Positions 57,185 to 64,000 of a stretch of DNA of 64,000 bases are shown piece after piece; the first letter of the stretch is position 1, and every line of letters begins with the position of its first letter. The notes beneath the pieces were generated by a model, which was not told the origin of the DNA, did not search any database, and saw nothing but the letters and a program-made list of their open reading frames with translations. Source of the DNA: Candidatus Dojkabacteria bacterium (lineage in GTDB: Bacteria > Patescibacteriota > Dojkabacteria > SC72 > JAFGCJ01); contig JAFGIK010000003.1 in assembly GCA_016929645.1 (NCBI GenBank), positions 6,913-70,912 on the forward strand. Direction: 5' to 3'. The translations under genes were made by a program, and so were the position numbers.

Positions 57185-60100
57185 ATGGCGAACAATAAGC
57201 CTTTATTTAAAGGAAAAATGGGATTAACAAATAGATCAATTAACAGAAATTCTACTCACAAAAATAATAAAGTAGGAGATAAACCCAACTTTTTTGTAAA
57301 GAATTCAAAATTATTAGTAATTCTTGGGGTCATACTTGTCGTTATTTCTGTTGTTGCTGGAGGTATTTTCATTTTTTCCCGAATCAATAAAAATTTACAG
57401 TATTCTGGGAAAATTACCATTGATGATGCTGACGAGGCAAACGTCGATGCTCTTGCATCACAGATCGTTTACGGTTCTGTCGGAGCAGATAATGAATATT
57501 ATTCACCAAACCTTGACTTGGCCTTTACATATAATGGAAACGAATTTTTGGTTTCTGATTCTACTGACTATGTATTTTTGCATCCGGTGGGTTTTGGTAG
57601 TTTGAATTTTTATGCAAATCTTAAAATTATTGATAAAAGTGTTGTTGGTGATGATGTAAAACAATACTATCTATCAGATTTTCAACTAAGCTATCCTGAC
57701 GCAGAAGTTGTAGAAGACACAACGATTGGTAAATTAACCAAAATAGTTATTAAATACACACAGGCATCTTTCCTTGACGAAAATAATCCGACTAAAGTTG
57801 CATACCATACAATTCTTGTTAGTGACGCAAGTGATCAGTTAATTGTTATGGATATTCGTGAAGATGGAGCAAATGACTCAACAGAGAGTATTCTTGGTAA
57901 GTTTGTTGATATTATAAATTCTGTGAGACTACATCCAGAAGATATCGATGAAAATATAGTTGTTGCAAAACATAATGGTTCTGTTTCTTTTACGATGAAT
58001 CGCTCGAAGTGGGAGGTTTATTCACAAACAGATGAAAGAATATCTTTGCAATTTAGAAGTGATACTTATGAAGAAAAGGATACATATAAAAGTGCATATG
58101 CTGCATTTTCTCTTGACGTTTATCCTGTTTCTGGTGAAGTAACAGAGGATTATGCATCTCAGCGTGCGTCAAGTGATTTGGAAAGTACCCAAACGATCTA
58201 TGCTACTAATGGTTTCTCTTTGGTTTCGGAAGTTCAGTCAAAGAAAATTGGAGGTATAGATTTTTATTACTATCAATTTGAAAAAAACGCTTTTGGTACA
58301 ACTGATCAAAAAGAGACGAATATAAGATACTTTGGCTATGATTCATCATCAAAAATTCTTATGGAGATCAGAGCTACATTTCCTGGGTCAGATAGTGCTG
58401 CTTTTGCTGAGTGTGAGTCTATTCTTGAATCTATTTCAATTGACTCTTCAAAGACTGAGGATAGCTCATCTGGTGATCAGAGTGTTCTTGGTGCTTCTTC
58501 GATTCAAATTGATAAAGCTGCATTAATTGGGAAACCTGCCGTGGTCCATCTATTTAGTAGATCTTGCGTTGATGTACATGTCGATTCATCAGATGCACTT
58601 TATTATTCATCTGGGAATACCTATACCGTATGTAGTGCCGGACTTGGTTCTGGATTTTACGTAAATTCAGACGGTACGATTGCTACAAATGCACATGTGG
58701 CTGCACCAAATCCTGTTGATACTGCTATTGATGGTACTTTGTACGGCTATGATCCGGATGAGCTTTTTTACGATCTTGGAGTAGATGCTCTTACGATCCT
58801 GGAAAAAGATTCTCCAGGCTTGGTTAAGAACGCAAGTAATGATGAACTCTCGATACTTCTTGAAAGCGCAATTCAAATCCTTATAACAGATGGAGTTCAA
58901 AATGGATATATTCAAGTAAGTAATCAGACATATGAAACATATGTACAGACAGATACACCTTTTGATATCAATATGGATGATTTAAGCTTGAATAATACAG
59001 AAGATCATTATTCTACTGAGCTTGTTGGCAATAAAGAGATTGATTCTTTTTATGAGCTTGCTGTGAATTTATCAACAGGCGAGGAAGATGGTATATCCGT
59101 TCCCGATTTAGCTGTATTGAAAGTCACTGATCAGGAAAGTAATAACTTTGTTGCTGTTGAGTTGGCTAGTTCAGATGAAATTACTACAGGAATTGATATT
59201 TATGTAGTAGGATTTCCAGGCTCAGCGGAAGAAGATGTAATATTTTCTGATGCTGCCTCAATTATTCCTACCGTTACCACTGGTACAATAAGTGCAGTAA
59301 AGCCAAATTACGATAATAAATTCGATTTGGTGCAAATGGATGCTTCGATTTCTCACGGAAATAGTGGTGGTCCAATATTTAATAGTGAAGGAAAAGTTGT
59401 TGGTATAAGCACTTATGGTTTGAATGAAGCAGAATCTGCAGATTTTAATGCTGGTGTTTCTGCCGTTGAACTCTCATCTTTTCTTGGTGAGCTTGGCATA
59501 AACAACGAAGTTGGTGAGGTTTCAACATTAATTGCAGAAGGAGCGGATGATTATTCAAGTAAGTATTACATTTGGGCTGTGGAGAAATTCGAGAAAGCAA
59601 AAGAACTGAATCCTGATGTGGCAGGAGTTTTGGATCCATTAATCAATATTGCAAATGATAAGATTGATGCTGGGGAGGATGATACACCAGTCTTTGTATT
59701 ATTCGATATACCTGTACATAAAAATGAAGCAGTTATTGTTGGTATAGTAGTGGGTGCGCTAGTCCTTGGTATTGTATTAATTATTCTTGTCTCTATTGTT
59801 AGCTGGGCTGTAAGAAATGGTCGGAACAAAAGAGCTCTCAAAATGGATCAACCGCAAATTCCGTCATCGGCACAACAGATTCCTGTATCTGCCCCGTCTT
59901 TACCTGAAGTCGATAGTAATCCTGTAGCTCCAGTACCTGGTGTATCAAGTGCCAATCCAGAAGAATCAGTTGAACAGAAAAATGTTCAAACAAATCAAGT
60001 CTCAAGTCAACCTGTTATGCCTATTCAACCACAACAAGATGTGTCTGGTGTTTCTGATAATTCTGCGGAAATGCAAAGTCCGACTAGTCCAATGAGTCAA

Positions 60101-60694
60101 GTAGATACAACGAGTGCCTCGATTCCTGCTGATTCTGTGTTACCTGAAAATGATACTCAAGTAATGGCTTCTGGGTCTTTTCAAGAAATGAACCCTCAAC
60201 AATCTGTTGTTCCTACTCAAGAAGTTGTATCGGAAACTCCTTTATCTCCTGTTTCCGAAGTTACCGTTCCTTTATCTGATAAAGATTCTACATTTGTTGA
60301 GCCTGTTGCATCTGCTGACCAGCAAGTTGGGTCCGATGAAAATGTTGTGCAAAATATAGCTGAGAATTCAGCTTTAAATCAAGATTCAAATTTGAATGTT
60401 CCTCCTGATCTGAATATGCCTCAGGAATCTGATTATCAGACTACTCCACCTGAAAGTGGGTTAGATCAATTGCAAAATCAAGAGCAAGCGCAAGTAGAAA
60501 ATTCAGCTCAATCATTGGGAGGAACTGTCTCTCAGTCACTAGATCAGCCTGTAAATCAAGTTGATAGTTCACCGATGGAGCCTTCTATGGGTCAGCCGAC
60601 AATGCCGTCTAATTCCGTTAATCCTGTGAACCCTTCATCAGGTGTTATTTCAGGAGGTGACGTTCCTGTTGATTCTGGAACCAATCCTGTATAG
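57185..60694 (+). CDS. Trypsin-like S1C serine protease with two TM anchors and a P/Q/S-rich tail
   Basis: GSGF, TNAHV, DLAVLK, ISHGNSGGP; no PDZ recognised; start 57185 or GTG 57176. Confidence 0.85.
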   Translation: MANNKPLFKGKMGLTNRSINRNSTHKNNKVGDKPNFFVKNSKLLVILGVILVVISVVAGGIFIFSRINKNLQYSGKITIDDADEANVDALASQIVYGSVGADNEYYSPNLDLAFTYNGNEFLVSDSTDYVFLHPVGFGSLNFYANLKIIDKSVVGDDVKQYYLSDFQLSYPDAEVVEDTTIGKLTKIVIKYTQASFLDENNPTKVAYHTILVSDASDQLIVMDIREDGANDSTESILGKFVDIINSVRLHPEDIDENIVVAKHNGSVSFTMNRSKWEVYSQTDERISLQFRSDTYEEKDTYKSAYAAFSLDVYPVSGEVTEDYASQRASSDLESTQTIYATNGFSLVSEVQSKKIGGIDFYYYQFEKNAFGTTDQKETNIRYFGYDSSSKILMEIRATFPGSDSAAFAECESILESISIDSSKTEDSSSGDQSVLGASSIQIDKAALIGKPAVVHLFSRSCVDVHVDSSDALYYSSGNTYTVCSAGLGSGFYVNSDGTIATNAHVAAPNPVDTAIDGTLYGYDPDELFYDLGVDALTILEKDSPGLVKNASNDELSILLESAIQILITDGVQNGYIQVSNQTYETYVQTDTPFDINMDDLSLNNTEDHYSTELVGNKEIDSFYELAVNLSTGEEDGISVPDLAVLKVTDQESNNFVAVELASSDEITTGIDIYVVGFPGSAEEDVIFSDAASIIPTVTTGTISAVKPNYDNKFDLVQMDASISHGNSGGPIFNSEGKVVGISTYGLNEAESADFNAGVSAVELSSFLGELGINNEVGEVSTLIAEGADDYSSKYYIWAVEKFEKAKELNPDVAGVLDPLINIANDKIDAGEDDTPVFVLFDIPVHKNEAVIVGIVVGALVLGIVLIILVSIVSWAVRNGRNKRALKMDQPQIPSSAQQIPVSAPSLPEVDSNPVAPVPGVSSANPEESVEQKNVQTNQVSSQPVMPIQPQQDVSGVSDNSAEMQSPTSPMSQVDTTSASIPADSVLPENDTQVMASGSFQEMNPQQSVVPTQEVVSETPLSPVSEVTVPLSDKDSTFVEPVASADQQVGSDENVVQNIAENSALNQDSNLNVPPDLNMPQESDYQTTPPESGLDQLQNQEQAQVENSAQSLGGTVSQSLDQPVNQVDSSPMEPSMGQPTMPSNSVNPVNPSSGVISGGDVPVDSGTNPV

Positions 60695-60730
60695 CCAGTA
60701 TAGGATTATTGAGGTGTGAAATATGTTGTG

Positions 60731-60767
60731 GCGTGGAGGTCGGGGGATTTTCCCCCGACCTCCACGC
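60731..60767. repeat. 17-bp perfect GC-rich inverted repeat
   Basis: gcgtggaggtcggggga-ttt-tcccccgacctccacgc; no U-tract. Confidence 0.88.
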
Positions 60768-60839
60768 TCAAGGCCTTGTTGCAACAAACCCTCTCTGATA
60801 AACTGGAATTGTTAGTAAATAAACTGCTCCGACGCAATT

Positions 60840-62105
60840 ATGGAATTTACTGTCTTGTTTAACTTTTTGATTGCTACCGCCATTGGTGGTTTAGTTGGGT
60901 TGGAGAGAGAAATTAACCAGAAACGAACAGGACGTAGCTTTGCTGGAATAAGGACATATATTCTAGTAGCTTTTCTTGGTGCTGTAATATCATATCTTTC
61001 CTTTGATATTGCCTGGTATCTTATTCTTGCCGGACTTTTCGTACTAATTGCTGTGACTTATTATACGTCATCATTTAAGGGGTTTAAGGGTGTTACAACT
61101 GAACTTAGTCTTGTTGCTGTTTACATAATATCCTCGATGGCAATGTATAACCAATATCAGAAATTGGCAATTATTTTTGGTGTACTTCTTGCAATATTGC
61201 TTTCTACGAAAAAGCTTCTTCATGGTTTTGCACAAAGAACTAAACCCCAGATCTGGTATGATGCACTTGTTTTTATTTTTATGATATTTGTTGTTTTGCC
61301 GTTAATTCCTAATAAAGAGTATTCATTTCTTGGAATTCAGAATTGTTTTAATCCATATCAAACGTGGATAATGGTAATTCTTGTTTCTGGTATAAGTTTT
61401 GTTGGTTACTTCTTAAGCAAAGTTGTAGGAACCTCTTATGGCATAGGTCTTTCTGGAGTACTTGGTGGTTTGGTATCAAGTACGGCTGTAACAGAATCGA
61501 TGGCTCATGACAGTAAAGATAATCCGAAGTTATTGAATGCCTATATATTTGCATCAATATCCGCAAATGTTGTTCTTGGATTAAGGGTAATTCTTGAATC
61601 CTGGATTGTGGATTCCTCACTTTTAACTATTGGAATTATTCCGATTTTGGTTATGACCGCAGTTGGCTTAATTATAATGATACGATGGAGCATTGTTGGA
61701 AAACAAAATGGAAGTTCAAACTTAGAGCTCAACAGTCCGCTATCTTTGAAACCAGCGCTTATATTTGGCTTAATATATTCTTTTGTAGTTTTTTTAACAA
61801 AGTTTATGCTTAGTTTGGGGTTCAGTTCATCAGGGTTTATTGCTGTAGCGTTTTTTGCTGGCTCTGTAAATCTTGATGCAATAACTTTGTCTATGGCATC
61901 CCTGTATGCTAATGGTGATATGAGTGCTTCAGTTGTTTGGTTTTCTATTATTGCTGCTATTTTCAGCAATACTCTATTTAAGATAGTACTTTCGAGGATA
62001 TTTGGTTCAAAAGATTTCTTTTGGAAATATACAATATCGATGTTGATAATAATCCTAGTCGGGATGATTTCACTTGGTTTATCTCTTTTCTTTGCATTTG
62101 TTTGA
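60840..62105 (+). CDS. MgtC/SapB plus DUF4010 membrane protein
   Basis: GGLVGLERE, FAGIRTY, GVTTE, GGLVSSTAVT, NPLSLKPA-like SPLSLKPA. Confidence 0.88.
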   Translation: MEFTVLFNFLIATAIGGLVGLEREINQKRTGRSFAGIRTYILVAFLGAVISYLSFDIAWYLILAGLFVLIAVTYYTSSFKGFKGVTTELSLVAVYIISSMAMYNQYQKLAIIFGVLLAILLSTKKLLHGFAQRTKPQIWYDALVFIFMIFVVLPLIPNKEYSFLGIQNCFNPYQTWIMVILVSGISFVGYFLSKVVGTSYGIGLSGVLGGLVSSTAVTESMAHDSKDNPKLLNAYIFASISANVVLGLRVILESWIVDSSLLTIGIIPILVMTAVGLIIMIRWSIVGKQNGSSNLELNSPLSLKPALIFGLIYSFVVFLTKFMLSLGFSSSGFIAVAFFAGSVNLDAITLSMASLYANGDMSASVVWFSIIAAIFSNTLFKIVLSRIFGSKDFFWKYTISMLIIILVGMISLGLSLFFAFV

Positions 62106-62132
62106 TATCTTTCCTGAAGTTCTCGATTTTAA

Positions 62133-63239
62133 TTAAATATTGAATTTTCCATTAACAAGAACCTTTTTCCCATCAACCTCAACGAAGCTTCCTTTTCTTC
62201 TAGTATCTTTTACGATGTCCCAGTGGATAGCAGATTGATTTTTCCCCCATCCTTTTTCATCATCATATGACATGCCTAGAGCAAGATGAATTGTTCCTCC
62301 TATTTTTTCATCAAATAGAGTTTCTTTCATGTGTTCTGTGATTCCATAATTCGTTCCGAATGAAAATTCGCCGAGTCTTAATGCTCCTTCATCTGTACCT
62401 AGTATTGAGTCCAAATCCTCCTGGTTGCTATTACATTCATATTTAATGACTTTGCCATCCTTGAATTCAAGATATATTCCATATACTTCCTTGCCAGAAT
62501 AAACGCCAGGAAATTCAAAATATATGTGACCTTGGGTTTTATTTTCAACTGGACCAGTAAAAACTTCTCCGTCCGGGATATTTCTTTCTCCAAAACACTT
62601 TTTGGCTGTGCGTCCCTTTATTGATAGAGTTAGATCTGTTTTCTCCCCAACAATATGTACTTCATTTCCATTGTCAATTATTTTTTCTAACTTGCTTTGT
62701 TCTTTTTCCATTTTGTCATAGTCTACAAGTACTGATTTAAAATAAAAATCCAACATTTCCTCGTATGATTTATTAGCGTTTTGAGCCATTGCATTTGTAG
62801 GATAGTAGGTAAGTACCCAATCTTTTTTAATTACTTGGTCAAACCATGGCTTGATGACTTTTGATTTAGCTTGAATTTTACCTGAGTCAATGCGGGATAA
62901 ATGTTTGTAATTATCCATTGTTGTGATACGAATAAATTTGTCACCCCAGTCAGCTATCTGTTTGTAGATTACGGGTGGGTTTTCGATCTGTCTTTTATTA
63001 GCATTTTTGTAAAATGTATTAACAAGATCTCCGAAAGAAGATCGATCTAGAATGAAATTAAACCCCATGATATCTAGGTAAACATCAGCATCTTTTTGAA
63101 GCAGATAGGAGTATATTTCTCGTATTAAATCTATTGGAAGTAGATCTGAGGTGCTTATTACGACCCTGTCTTTTTTCTTAACTTTAATTGAGTGGTCAAC
63201 AAATATTTGAGCAAGTTTTTTATTTCTCTGATCATTCAT
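62133..63239 (-). CDS. M29 family aminopeptidase (AmpS/AmpT-like)
   Basis: NIPDGEVFTGP, RLGEF, LFDEKIGGTIHLALG, SAIHWD. Confidence 0.92.
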   Translation of the reverse strand: MNDQRNKKLAQIFVDHSIKVKKKDRVVISTSDLLPIDLIREIYSYLLQKDADVYLDIMGFNFILDRSSFGDLVNTFYKNANKRQIENPPVIYKQIADWGDKFIRITTMDNYKHLSRIDSGKIQAKSKVIKPWFDQVIKKDWVLTYYPTNAMAQNANKSYEEMLDFYFKSVLVDYDKMEKEQSKLEKIIDNGNEVHIVGEKTDLTLSIKGRTAKKCFGERNIPDGEVFTGPVENKTQGHIYFEFPGVYSGKEVYGIYLEFKDGKVIKYECNSNQEDLDSILGTDEGALRLGEFSFGTNYGITEHMKETLFDEKIGGTIHLALGMSYDDEKGWGKNQSAIHWDIVKDTRRKGSFVEVDGKKVLVNGKFNI

Positions 63240-63556
63240 ATTGGATGCTATTAAAATTTAATGAATGTATTTAATATATTATAACTTTTAAAGATCAATT
63301 TCGAGCTTTATCTCTGTATTTATTTACTTTTGTTAATTTATCATTATGTTCGCTAATCAGAGCTTACTAAGTTTCTTTTCAAATTATACTTTGTAAAGCC
63401 CTTAATATTTTCTTATGTACTCGTGTAATATTTGTTATTCCTGTATTAAACTTTAACTCAAATCTCATCTGGGTTATATTGAATATAGTATTTTTTATTT
63501 GACTGTCTATCACCAGTTTTGGTGAACCTCTATATAATTTTATATACATAATATAA

Positions 63557-64000
63557 ATGTTGAGTTTTCAAAACATAAAAAGAAAACTTGTAATTGCAGC
63601 TATATCAATTGTTGCTTCTTTTGCAACTTTGTACGCTGTTTCTGGGGTTAGCCCTGTACAAGCTGCTGTTGCAGGTGAGGTAAAGGAGTATGTTGGCGTT
63701 TTGGAAGTTAATTCAAATGCTGCATATACCCATAAAGTTGGCAATATTGATCTTATATTGAACAGCTCTTATGATAAATATTTGGGCCAATCCGTAAAGG
63801 TCGATGTTCAATATTATAATTCTGTAGAATTTACAGTTTTATCAGTTACACCTGTTTATGACTATACATATTTACCTTCCTATTATTATAACTATGGTAG
63901 AGTTCGAAAATACCAAGGTGTTTTAGAGAAGAATGATGACGAGAGTTATACTCATAAAGTAGATGGATTGGATTTGATATTGAATGATTCCGTTGCTGAT
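63557..64000 (+). CDS. Secreted protein with internal repeat, truncated by the window end
   Basis: ATG 63557 open to the end; signal peptide ending VQA; repeats KEYVGVLE...YTHKVGNIDLILN and RKYQGVLE...YTHKVDGLDLILN. Confidence 0.75.
   Translation, partial: MLSFQNIKRKLVIAAISIVASFATLYAVSGVSPVQAAVAGEVKEYVGVLEVNSNAAYTHKVGNIDLILNSSYDKYLGQSVKVDVQYYNSVEFTVLSVTPVYDYTYLPSYYYNYGRVRKYQGVLEKNDDESYTHKVDGLDLILNDSVAD

Noticed and set aside
1-64000. Alternative genetic code (TGA=Gly, code 25)
   Set aside because: Genes with complete C-termini end at TGA (for example 28825, 52778, 46077) and long ORFs are intact under code 11.

Overview
AT-rich bacterial chromosome segment read with genetic code 11 (TGA ends many intact genes). 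Gene content and style (glycosyltransferase clusters, type IV pilus cluster, many secreted hydrolases, short RecO, insertion-rich SecA, few Shine-Dalgarno motifs) suggest a Patescibacteria/CPR organism, possibly Dojkabacteria-like; this is inference only. From left to right: a surface-glycan cluster with alternating gene strands (0.2-16.6 kb) interrupted by an S8 protease with a 7x44-aa propeller; dgkA; a large M23 peptidase; secA; tRNA-Val(CAC); ZIP transporter; GalU-like enzyme; a receiver-PilB-PilC(SH3b)-four-pilin-histidine kinase cluster; L,D-transpeptidase; PspC/Lia-like genes; C39 peptidase; a four-subunit 2-oxoacid:ferredoxin oxidoreductase operon with an SDR; more glycosyltransferases; recO; tRNA-Lys(CTT); DUF711; an S1 protease; MgtC/DUF4010; M29 aminopeptidase. 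The most notable unexplained signal is that both tRNAs, 28 kb apart, are followed by a gene-less 160-180 bp unit with the same architecture. Each has a long perfect hairpin at the tRNA 3' end, conserved GA/GNA mini-hairpins with covarying stems, a mimic of that tRNA's own T-stem, and a duplication of the tRNA 3' end starting at the T-loop GATTCC. All protein calls come from motif recognition by eye, not database searches.
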